Part shown: positions 1-8,004 of the stretch, piece after piece
Numbering within the stretch: position 1 is the first letter of the stretch
Layout of the letters: each line of letters begins with the position of its first letter
NCBI GenBank assembly: GCA_937900255.1
Contig: CALCDZ010000002.1
Span: 9,655-73,654, forward strand
DNA length: 64,000 nucleotides
Direction of reading: 5' to 3'
Source: an uncultured bacterium
GTDB lineage: Bacteria; Patescibacteriota; Patescibacteriia; SG8-24; DYFX01
Program-made: the position numbers and the translations under genes
The notes under the pieces: model-generated
What the model saw: only the letters and a program-made list of their open reading frames with translations
Told to the model about the DNA's origin: nothing
The model's database searches: none

Positions 1-8
1 AGGGGACT

Positions 9-1250
9 ATGGAGACATGGTGGAAAAAACTCGGCCCCGGCCTCGTGACCGGCGCGTCGGATGACGATCCGTCCGGTATCGCGACCTATTCGATCGGCGG
101 TGCCCAGACCGGGTATCGCCTGTTGTGGCTGGCGCTCTACACGATCCCGCTCATGATCGTCATCCAGGAGACGTGCGCCAGGATCGGCATCGTCACCGGC
201 AACGGCCTGGCCGGCACTATCCGCCGGCACTACAACCGCTGGCTGCTCATCCCGGTGGCCATCCTGCTCATCGGCGCCAATACCTTGAACATCGGCGCGG
301 ACCTGCACGGCATGGCTTCGGCCTCCGCCCTCCTCGTCCCTTTGCCGGAATGGCTGCTGGCGCTCCTCTTCGTCGCCGTCATCGTCGTGCTTCTCATCCG
401 CTTCCCGTACGACAAGATCGCCCGCGCCCTCAAGTGGCTGACGATCAGCCTGTTCACGTACGTGGCGGCGGCGTTCGTGACGCATCAGGACTGGCTGCAG
501 ATCCTCTGGTCGACCTTCGTTCCGCAGCTGCGGACGCTTTCCGGGGACAGCGCGGTCGTCGTAGCCGTGCTCGGAACGACCATCTCGCCGTATCTTTTCT
601 TCTGGATGGCGTCGGAGGAGGTCGAGGAGCATGAAGGCAGGAGCGCCGGTGGGGGCGTGCCCCCATCCAAGGCCATGGAGCTGAAGGGGATGCGCGAAGA
701 CGTCGGGTGGGGCATGGCGTTCTCGAACATCATCATGTTCTTCATCATCGCCACGACCGCCTCCGTCTTTTTCGGCCGCGGCCTGAACCCGGGGTCTTCC
801 ATCGCCGAGGTCGCTTCGGCCTTGCGTCCGCTCGCCGGAAACGCGGCCTTCCTGCTGTTCGCCTTGGGCGTGGTCGGGACGGGACTCCTGGCCATCCCGG
901 TCCTGGCCGGTTCCTCGGCCTACGTGCTGACCGAGGCGCTCGGCCTGCGCGGCGGCTTGTCCAAGAAGTTCCACGAGGCCAAGGCGTTCTACGGCACCAT
1001 CATCTTCTCCGGCGCGGTCGGTTTCCTGATGACGCTCTCCGGCTACGGGGCCGTCTACATGCTGTTCGCGACGGCCGTCGTCTACGGCGTCATTTCGCCG
1101 CCGCTCATCGCCGTCATCCTGCATATCGCCAACAACAGGACGGTGATGGGCGAGTACCGCAACGGCTGGATCGCCAACCTGTTCGGCTTCCTGACGCTCG
1201 CGGTCATGACCGCCGCCGCTGTCGTCCTGTTCACCCATCTTTCACCCTGA
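9..1250 (+). CDS. NRAMP-family divalent metal cation transporter
   Basis: GASDDDPSGIATYS and GTTISPYLFFW motifs; about 11 hydrophobic segments. Confidence 0.9.
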   Translation: METWWKKLGPGLVTGASDDDPSGIATYSIGGAQTGYRLLWLALYTIPLMIVIQETCARIGIVTGNGLAGTIRRHYNRWLLIPVAILLIGANTLNIGADLHGMASASALLVPLPEWLLALLFVAVIVVLLIRFPYDKIARALKWLTISLFTYVAAAFVTHQDWLQILWSTFVPQLRTLSGDSAVVVAVLGTTISPYLFFWMASEEVEEHEGRSAGGGVPPSKAMELKGMREDVGWGMAFSNIIMFFIIATTASVFFGRGLNPGSSIAEVASALRPLAGNAAFLLFALGVVGTGLLAIPVLAGSSAYVLTEALGLRGGLSKKFHEAKAFYGTIIFSGAVGFLMTLSGYGAVYMLFATAVVYGVISPPLIAVILHIANNRTVMGEYRNGWIANLFGFLTLAVMTAAAVVLFTHLSP

Positions 1251-1257
1251 AGACCGC

Positions 1258-2616
1258 ATGAACATCCATTTTTTCGGTGCCGCCGAGGAAGTCACCGGCA
1301 CGTGCTACCTGCTCGAGACCGGCAGTCACAAGATCCTGATCGATTGCGGCATCTTCCAGGGCGGCACGGGCGACGGCCCGCGCAACCACCTGCCGTTCCC
1401 GTTCAAGCCTTCCGAGATCGACGCGGTCTTCGTGACGCACCCGCACATGGATCATGTCGGCCGCGTACCGCAGCTCGTGAAACGCGGCTATCGCGGTCCG
1501 ATCTTCGCCACCGCGCCGACCTGCGACCTGGCGCAGCTCCTTTGGAAGGACATGCTCGCGGTCATGCAGGACGCCTTCAAGCGTGAGCATGTCGAACCGC
1601 TCTATGACGAGCATGACGTTGCGCGGGCGGGGGAGCGGCTCGAGGCGGTCGAATACGGCGAAAGGACGGAAATCTGTGCCGGGGCATTCAAGGCGACGTT
1701 CCATGACGCGGGTCACGTGCTCGGATCCGCCTTCATCGAGATCGAAGCCGAAGGCAAGACGATCGTCTTTTCAGGCGATCTCGGCAACGACGACGTGCCG
1801 ATCCTGCGCCCGACCGCCCGCCTGCCGAAGTGCGACGCGCTCGTGATCGAATCGACCTACGGGGACCGGCTGCACGAGAGCCTGGACACGCGCGTCAGCG
1901 TCCTGCGCGAGCTCGTGCTGCGGACGGTCGCCGAGAAGGGCGTGCTCATGATCCCGACCTTCGCCATCGAGCGCACGCAGGAACTGATGCTGACGCTCCA
2001 CCGCCTGGCCGAAAAGAAGGAGATCCCGCGCGTGCCGCTCTTCCTCGACAGCCCGCTCGCGATCGAGGCGACGCACGTCTACGAGGAGTACACCCGCTAT
2101 TTCAACGGGACGGCGCAGGACGAGTTCCTCTCCGGCCACCAGCTTTTCAGCCTGCCGGGTTTCGTCGCCACCAAGACGGTCGACATGAGCAAGCGCATCA
2201 ACGAGGTCATGCCGCCCAAGATCATCCTGGCTGGTGCCGGCATGATGACGGGCGGTCGCATCCTCCATCACTTGGTCCGCTATCTTCCCGACCCGCATTC
2301 GACGCTGCTCATCGTCGGGTACCAAGCCATCGGGACGATCGGGCGGAGGCTGTACGAGGGCGCCAAGATGGTGCGCATCCACGGGCAGGACATCCCGGTG
2401 CGCGCCACGATCACGTCGATCGGCGCCTGGAGCGCGCACGCCGACCAGGCCAAGCTGCTGCGCTGGGTAAGGGAAGGGGAGCATGCGCCAAAGATCGTCT
2501 TCGTCACGCACGGGGAACATAACGCGTCCGACACGCTCGCCCGGAAGTTCCGGCGCGACATGGGTATCGACGCCTATGTGCCGAAACCCGGACAGATGTT
2601 CGACTTGCACGCCTGA
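1258..2616 (+). CDS. MBL-fold beta-CASP ribonuclease (Ysh1/CPSF73-like)
   Basis: FFGAAEEVTG, THPHMDHVG, AGHVLGS, SGDLG, ESTYG, WSAHAD and VTHGE motifs. Confidence 0.92.
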   Translation: MNIHFFGAAEEVTGTCYLLETGSHKILIDCGIFQGGTGDGPRNHLPFPFKPSEIDAVFVTHPHMDHVGRVPQLVKRGYRGPIFATAPTCDLAQLLWKDMLAVMQDAFKREHVEPLYDEHDVARAGERLEAVEYGERTEICAGAFKATFHDAGHVLGSAFIEIEAEGKTIVFSGDLGNDDVPILRPTARLPKCDALVIESTYGDRLHESLDTRVSVLRELVLRTVAEKGVLMIPTFAIERTQELMLTLHRLAEKKEIPRVPLFLDSPLAIEATHVYEEYTRYFNGTAQDEFLSGHQLFSLPGFVATKTVDMSKRINEVMPPKIILAGAGMMTGGRILHHLVRYLPDPHSTLLIVGYQAIGTIGRRLYEGAKMVRIHGQDIPVRATITSIGAWSAHADQAKLLRWVREGEHAPKIVFVTHGEHNASDTLARKFRRDMGIDAYVPKPGQMFDLHA

Positions 2617-2624
2617 AGGAAACG

Positions 2625-2650
2625 AAAAAACCGCCATGAGGCGGTTTTTT
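2625..2650. terminator. bidirectional intrinsic terminator
   Basis: AAAAAACCGC-CATGAG-GCGGTTTTTT between convergent genes. Confidence 0.85.
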
Positions 2651-2658
2651 CTTCCCGT

Positions 2659-3213
2659 TCAGAGCGAGGCGTCGGCGTTCGCGCTCTCGGACATCTCGGA
2701 GGCGGCACTCGGTCCGCAGGCGCGGCGATCCTTCGAGGACTGTTCCCAGGCGGACTTCTTGGCGGCGCGCCAGGTCTTGAGCGTCGCGCGCTGGGCTTCG
2801 TTCGCGGTCTTCCAGGCGGCGCTGATGGCTGTCCGGCGCGCGGCGCGGTCGGTCATCGCCCAGGCGGCGGCGAGCGCGGTCCTGCGGGCCGCGAGGTTCG
2901 CCGTGGTTCCGCTTGCGTAGGCGCTCCAACCGGCGGCGATGGCGACCTCGCGCTTGTCGACGGCGGCCGCGACGCAGGCGCGCGCGGCTTCCGCTTGCGC
3001 GGCCGTGGCGGCGGCCTTGTCGGCCCTGGCCTTTTCGCGTTCCGCCTTGATCCGGTCTTCGAGCGCTTTTCGCTGGTCTTTCAGGCTCTCGATAGTCGAG
3101 GATGTGGAAGACGTTTCACGCATCGGACCGGCGTTCTCGGCCAGGACCGGGCCGGCCAAGAGCAGGGTCAGGACGGCGGCGGTACCGGCGATTCTCGCGA
3201 TCTTGAAGGACAT
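2659..3213 (-). CDS. secreted Ala-rich helical hypothetical protein
   Basis: Signal peptide ending VLA|E; coiled-coil; recurring AAW/SAW motifs; two Cys; own promoter and terminator. Confidence 0.8.
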   Translation of the reverse strand: MSFKIARIAGTAAVLTLLLAGPVLAENAGPMRETSSTSSTIESLKDQRKALEDRIKAEREKARADKAAATAAQAEAARACVAAAVDKREVAIAAGWSAYASGTTANLAARRTALAAAWAMTDRAARRTAISAAWKTANEAQRATLKTWRAAKKSAWEQSSKDRRACGPSAASEMSESANADASL

Positions 3214-3251
3214 GCTTCAAACGAGTGAGGGATTTAAAAACGCACTTATCC

Positions 3252-3280
3252 AGTATAACACCTTCAAAAAATTGGCTCAA
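3252..3280 (-). promoter_or_regulatory. sigma70 promoter for 2659..3213
   Basis: Minus strand TTGAGC-17 nt-TATACT with extended TG. Confidence 0.6.
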
Positions 3281-3363
3281 ACAAGCGGAAATACAAGCGG
3301 CTCCGCGCGAATCTGGTACTGATTTTTCCGCTTAAATAAGCCAATTATTGATGTCATGCTCTA

Positions 3364-3392
3364 TTGACAAATCGGTAAAATCGTGCTATCAT
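3364..3392 (+). promoter_or_regulatory. sigma70 promoter of the orphan gene cluster
   Basis: TTGACA(3364)-17 nt-TATCAT(3387) with extended TG. Confidence 0.75.
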
Positions 3393-3439
3393 CGCTTCAT
3401 CAAGATACGGTTGTACTTCCCTCAACCCAGGAGTTACAA

Positions 3440-3778
3440 GTGAAGGTTTCACTCATTGTCCTCGCTCTCATTGCTTCCGTCGGCTGCGCCCAGTTCCAGA
3501 AGCCGGTGTCCGTGCTCGATTCCCAACCCGTCGTGCATCGCGACATCCAGAGCTTCACCGTCCGCAACTTCGGCCCGAACGGCCGGATCGAGACCGTCAA
3601 GAAGGTGGTCCTCGACGAGGTCGGCATCGTCACCGAAGGGCCCTGCCAGTTCGAGGACGGGACCACGGCCGCCCACTGCGTGATGTGGTCGGCGAGCGAC
3701 GGCCCGCGACAGATGGAACTCAAACCCGGCTGGGGCCTGAGCGTCGTCACGGCGACCGTGATCGAAGACATCAACTGA
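3440..3778 (+). CDS. small putative lipoprotein, unknown function
   Basis: AGGAG then GTG start at 3440; lipobox-like SVGC; GC3-rich codons. Confidence 0.7.
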   Translation: MKVSLIVLALIASVGCAQFQKPVSVLDSQPVVHRDIQSFTVRNFGPNGRIETVKKVVLDEVGIVTEGPCQFEDGTTAAHCVMWSASDGPRQMELKPGWGLSVVTATVIEDIN

Positions 3779-3900
3779 TCTTAACCTCCGCCCACCTCGG
3801 GACCCTCGCGTCCCGTTTCCGTCAAAGCCCCCGACACGTGTCGAGGACTCCGACGGGAATCGCGTACGTCCAATCCCTCATCGCAACAAGGAGATTCCTG

Positions 3901-4257
3901 ATGAAGAAGCTGCTCATTTCCATCACGGTTGCCTGCATCGCCCTGTTCTGCGCACGGATCGTCCGCGCCGACGGCTCCGGGTGGACCTCCATCGAGCGCA
4001 AGCTCATCAACGTGGAGGAGGTCCGTCTCGACTACACGACGTTCCGTGGTGGGGAGCCCCAGCTCCGCCGGGCGTCGGTGAAGACTGAGCCGAAAAATGC
4101 TGTCATCGTCGTCACTCGCGTCGATAACGCGGGGGAAGTCGTCGGTGCTTGCGTCTACGAGGAGCTGTCGCCCACGGCGAAGGATGGCAGTCGGAAGATT
4201 GTCCGGCTGCATTGCATCCAGCAGAAGGTGGTCATTAGCTACGTCTACGCGCGGTGA
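3901..4257 (+). CDS. small secreted hypothetical protein
   Basis: AAGGAG SD; MKK-hydrophobic signal peptide; two further Cys. Confidence 0.7.
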   Translation: MKKLLISITVACIALFCARIVRADGSGWTSIERKLINVEEVRLDYTTFRGGEPQLRRASVKTEPKNAVIVVTRVDNAGEVVGACVYEELSPTAKDGSRKIVRLHCIQQKVVISYVYAR

Positions 4258-4294
4258 AACCGCATGTTCCAACCCCATCCGCAAGGAGCTCGTC

Positions 4295-4510
4295 ATGCTC
4301 AAGCTCAGACGCGAGGTGCCCGTGTTCGGAAATCGGGACTATGTCCCGCCGAATGGAAGCAACCTTTTTGACTGGATCATCGGGACCGTCTTCCTCATCG
4401 TGCTGCTCGGCTGGGCCGAGTCCAAGGCGATGCAGGTCATCGAAGACGTCGGAACGCGCATCGTCCCGTGCTTGTCCGCATCAGGAGAGCTGGTGTCGTG
4501 TCGGCGCTGA
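4295..4510 (+). CDS. small membrane hypothetical protein (possibly 5' half of a frameshifted gene)
   Basis: AAGGAG SD; one TM segment (WIIGTVFLIVLLGW). Confidence 0.55.
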   Translation: MLKLRREVPVFGNRDYVPPNGSNLFDWIIGTVFLIVLLGWAESKAMQVIEDVGTRIVPCLSASGELVSCRR

Positions 4511-4788
4511 TGGTCTTCGTGGCGGTCTGCTGCATCGCGTGGGCGCTCACCATCCGGCCGGGGCCGCCTGCCCCTCGAGTCGTCGTGCAGCACGCCACGA
4601 ACCTGAACCTGCACGTGCACATCCAGAACGATGTGCGCACGCTGGTGGTCCAGCCGCCTGCACTGGTCGCCAAAGCGGCTCCCGCCCCCGCGCTGCCTGC
4701 CACTTCCGCCGGGCCATCCAAGGCACTGGCGGCGTACTCCGAGCCCTCAACCTCCGTGGTTCCAAGCGGCCGCAAGACGGTCGCCTGA
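4468..4788 (+). CDS. membrane-anchored Pro/Ala-rich hypothetical protein (start uncertain: 4468, 4498 or 4510)
   Basis: N-terminal TM segment; GC3-rich frame; TGATG overlap with upstream stop at 4508-4512. Confidence 0.55.
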   Translation: MLVRIRRAGVVSALMVFVAVCCIAWALTIRPGPPAPRVVVQHATNLNLHVHIQNDVRTLVVQPPALVAKAAPAPALPATSAGPSKALAAYSEPSTSVVPSGRKTVA

Positions 4789-4809
4789 ACGACGTACAAA
4801 CCCTCAGCC

Positions 4810-4831
4810 AGAGACCCTAGAAAGGGTCTCT
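4810..4831 (+). terminator. hairpin, probable terminator
   Basis: AGAGACCCT-AGAA-AGGGTCTCT, weak U tract. Confidence 0.55.
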
Positions 4832-4871
4832 TGTCATATTTGGGCGCTATCGTCTTTCTTATCTGTCAGGC

Positions 4872-4900
4872 TTGACATTTCACAGGAAAACTGATAACCT
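4872..4900 (+). promoter_or_regulatory. sigma70 promoter
   Basis: TTGACA-17 nt-TAACCT with extended TG. Confidence 0.6.
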
Positions 4901-4938
4901 CTCAACGTCCATCAACGACCTTTCCAAAGGAAAAACCG

Positions 4939-5817
4939 ATGCGTACCACCGTCCTCGTGATGCTGTCGCTGCTGTGCACCCTCTTCCTGGGCGCCTGCGG
5001 CGCCCGTCAGTTCCGGGCGGCGATGCCCGCGTCGTTCCTGCAGACCCCGGTGACGGTCCGTACGGACGCCGTCAAGGCCGATCCGTCCGAGTTCGCGAAC
5101 CCCACCGTGGCCGAGAAGGCGACCGAAACCGCTTCGCCGCCCGTAGCGGACGCGGCACGGGATCGTTCCATCGTCCAAGGAGACATCGACGCCAAGGCGT
5201 CGCAGCACTCCGCAGCGATGCGAACCATAGGCGACCGTCGGCGTGCCTCTTCGGCGCCTTCGCGCAATGGCGCGCTGGTCGCGGCACTGCGCGTCGATCC
5301 GAGCCGTTCGCGTCGCCAGGATGCCGCCTACCGCTCCTGGCTCTGGGGCTGGTTCGACCGGCTCTCCATGCACGATAGACCCGTGACTGCCCGCGTCGCG
5401 CAAGCGACGGCCGGCCAGGCCGTGCGACCTGAAATGGTTGCGGTGTCCGCCGTGCCCATGAACGTCGCGACGGTCGGTCCCGTCCTCGTCGGAGAGCACG
5501 GCTTCGTCGCCGCGCTGTCCGTCGGGCTCAACGTCCCTGCCGTAGGGCCCTTCAAAGGGGGGGAGCATCTGTCGCTCCTGCTGCGCAGGTTCCTCTGCGC
5601 GGCGTTGCTCGGTACCCTCTTGGGAATCTGGCTCGTCCGTCGTTCCCGACGCCAGAGCTGGTACGCTCCGGCGTCGGACGGCGCTCCGAATTCCACGCTC
5701 ATGATCCGCTTGGAGCCCTCCTGGCGCCTGCGGATCTGGTGGAGACGCCTCCTGTCCAGACAACCATGTCCGCCCCCGCGATCGTCGCAACGGACACTGT
5801 CTGGACCGAGCCCCTGA
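4939..5817 (+). CDS. hypothetical lipoprotein with C-terminal TM segment
   Basis: AAGGA SD; lipobox LGAC; hydrophobic segment FLCAALLGTLLGIWLV; flanked by promoter and terminator. Confidence 0.6.
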   Translation: MRTTVLVMLSLLCTLFLGACGARQFRAAMPASFLQTPVTVRTDAVKADPSEFANPTVAEKATETASPPVADAARDRSIVQGDIDAKASQHSAAMRTIGDRRRASSAPSRNGALVAALRVDPSRSRRQDAAYRSWLWGWFDRLSMHDRPVTARVAQATAGQAVRPEMVAVSAVPMNVATVGPVLVGEHGFVAALSVGLNVPAVGPFKGGEHLSLLLRRFLCAALLGTLLGIWLVRRSRRQSWYAPASDGAPNSTLMIRLEPSWRLRIWWRRLLSRQPCPPPRSSQRTLSGPSP

Positions 5818-5838
5818 CGTCTCATCACCCCTCGCGCC

Positions 5839-5872
5839 GACCCGCTTGCTCGCAAGCGGGTCCTTCTTTTTT
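5839..5872 (+). terminator. intrinsic terminator
   Basis: GACCCGCTTGC-TC-GCAAGCGGGTC followed by a T-rich tract. Confidence 0.8.
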
Positions 5873-5908
5873 GACACGTTCGCCATCGCGCCTGATAGCT
5901 TGGTATCA

Positions 5909-5937
5909 TTGACAAAGCCTCTCCTGAACGGTATTTT
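5909..5937 (+). promoter_or_regulatory. uvrB promoter (probably leaderless transcript)
   Basis: TTGACA-17 nt-TATTTT, 8 nt before the ATG. Confidence 0.6.
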
Positions 5938-5945
5938 GCGTCCTT

Positions 5946-8003
5946 ATGACGTTCAAGCTCAAAGCCCCCTACAGCCCGGCCGGCGACCAGCCGCAAGCCA
6001 TCGAAAAGCTCGTGGCCGGTTTGCGTTCGGGGATGAAGGCGCAGACGCTGCTCGGCGTGACCGGCTCCGGCAAGACCTATACGGTCGCGAACGTCATCCA
6101 GCAGGTCCAGAAGCCGACGCTCATCCTGGCGCACAACAAGACCTTGGCCGCCCAGCTCTGCAACGAGTTCCGCGAGTTCTTCCCGGAGAATGCCGTGGAG
6201 TATTTCGTGTCCTATTACGACTACTACCAGCCGGAAGCCTACGTCCCTTCGAGCGACACTTACATCGAGAAGGAGGCGATGATCAACCAGGAGATCGACC
6301 GCCTGCGCCATGCCACGACGCAGGCGCTCCTGACGCGCAAGGACGTCATCATCGTGGCGTCGGTCTCGTGCATCTACGGCCTGGGCGCGCCCGAAGCCTA
6401 CGAGAAGACGCTCATCCATTTCAAGACGGGGGAGAGGATCACCCGCGAGGCCATCCTCAAACGTTTCATCGAGATGCAGTTCACGCGCAACGCCACCGAG
6501 CTCCAGCGCGGCCAATTCCGCGTGCGAGGGGAGACGATCGAAGTCATGCCGGCGGGCGAGGAGATGATCTACCGTATCGAGACGGGCCTGGGCGACATCA
6601 AGGGCATCTACCGCATCGATCCGGTCACCAGGAAGCGCGCCGAGCGGGTCGAAGACGTCTGGATCTTCCCGGCCAAACACTTCATCACCGATGCCGACGA
6701 TCGGGTCCGCGCCTTGAAATCCATCGAGGCGGAGCTCAAGGCCCAGCTCGAGAAGTTCCGGAAGGAGGGCAAGCTGCTCGAAGCCGAACGGCTCGATCGC
6801 CGCACGCGCTATGACATGGCCATGATGCGCGAAGTCGGGTACTGCCATGGCATCGAGAACTACTCGCAGCCGCTTTCCGGGCGTCCGCCCGGCGCTCCGC
6901 CGGACACGCTGCTTTCGTATTTCCCCGAGGATTTCATGCTGGTCATCGACGAATCGCACGTGACTATCCCGCAGGTGGGCGGCATGTCCAACGGCGACGC
7001 CGCGCGCAAGAAGACGCTCATCGACTACGGCTTCCGTCTGCCGAGCGCGGCCGACAACCGCCCGCTCACTTGGAAGGAGTTCGAGGAGCGCATGCCGCAG
7101 ACGCTGTTCGTTTCGGCCACGCCCGGAAAATACGAAGCCGAACATTCCGACCAGACCGTCGAACAGATCATTCGCCCGACCGGCCTCGTCGACCCTGAGG
7201 TCATCGTCATGCCCGTCACGGCCCAGGATGCCTCGGCGGTCAAGCAAGCGGTCGGCGAAAACGATACGCTCGCTTCCGAGTACTCGCACCCCGGCTACCC
7301 CGGCCAGGTCGAGGACTTGATCGTCCGCATCAAGGACCGCATCAAGAAGGACGAGCGCGTCATGGCCACCACCCTCACCAAGAAGATGGCCGAGGACCTG
7401 ACGGAATACCTCGAGTCGCTCAAGATCAAGGTCAAGTACATCCACTCGGACGTCGAGACGCTCGACCGCATCCGGATCCTGCACGAGTTCCGCAAGGGCG
7501 TATTCGACGTGCTGATCGGCGTCAACCTGCTGCGCGAAGGCCTGGACCTGCCGGAAGTCTCGCTGGTGGCCATCCTCGACGCGGACAAGGAAGGTTTCCT
7601 GCGTTCGGAAACGTCTCTCATCCAGACCATCGGCCGCGCCGCCCGCAACGTCGGCGGCCAGGTCGTGCTCTATGCCGATGGCGATACCGGTTCGCTCTCG
7701 CGCGCCATCCGGGAGACCAATCGACGCCGTGAGCGCCAGCTGGCCTATAACAAGGAGCACGGCATCACGCCCAAGACCGTCAAGAAGGCGCTGACCTCGA
7801 TGTTCACCGAAATCGAGAAGACCCGCGAGAAGGCCGCCAAGAAGAACCTGGAGCTGGAAGCCAAGGCCGAGAAGCGCCCCGTCGACGAGGTGCTGCGGGA
7901 GAAGGAGGCTCAGATGCGCGAAGCGGCCAAGAACCTGGAGTTCGAGCTGGCGGCGCTCTTGCGCGACGAGATCGCGGCCCTCAAGAAAAAACGGAAGAAA
8001 TGA
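5946..8003 (+). CDS. uvrB: excinuclease ABC subunit B
   Basis: [34 protein letters not shown]-terminal UVR motif. Confidence 0.98.
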   Translation: MTFKLKAPYSPAGDQPQAIEKLVAGLRSGMKAQTLLGVTGSGKTYTVANVIQQVQKPTLILAHNKTLAAQLCNEFREFFPENAVEYFVSYYDYYQPEAYVPSSDTYIEKEAMINQEIDRLRHATTQALLTRKDVIIVASVSCIYGLGAPEAYEKTLIHFKTGERITREAILKRFIEMQFTRNATELQRGQFRVRGETIEVMPAGEEMIYRIETGLGDIKGIYRIDPVTRKRAERVEDVWIFPAKHFITDADDRVRALKSIEAELKAQLEKFRKEGKLLEAERLDRRTRYDMAMMREVGYCHGIENYSQPLSGRPPGAPPDTLLSYFPEDFMLVIDESHVTIPQVGGMSNGDAARKKTLIDYGFRLPSAADNRPLTWKEFEERMPQTLFVSATPGKYEAEHSDQTVEQIIRPTGLVDPEVIVMPVTAQDASAVKQAVGENDTLASEYSHPGYPGQVEDLIVRIKDRIKKDERVMATTLTKKMAEDLTEYLESLKIKVKYIHSDVETLDRIRILHEFRKGVFDVLIGVNLLREGLDLPEVSLVAILDADKEGFLRSETSLIQTIGRAARNVGGQVVLYADGDTGSLSRAIRETNRRRERQLAYNKEHGITPKTVKKALTSMFTEIEKTREKAAKKNLELEAKAEKRPVDEVLREKEAQMREAAKNLEFELAALLRDEIAALKKKRKK

Positions 8004-8004
8004 T

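Noticed and set aside
3243-3253. CACTTATCCAG also present at 47904-47914; DnaA-box-like
   Set aside because: Only 7/9 box match, opposite orientation relative to the downstream genes, and an 11-mer match can arise by chance
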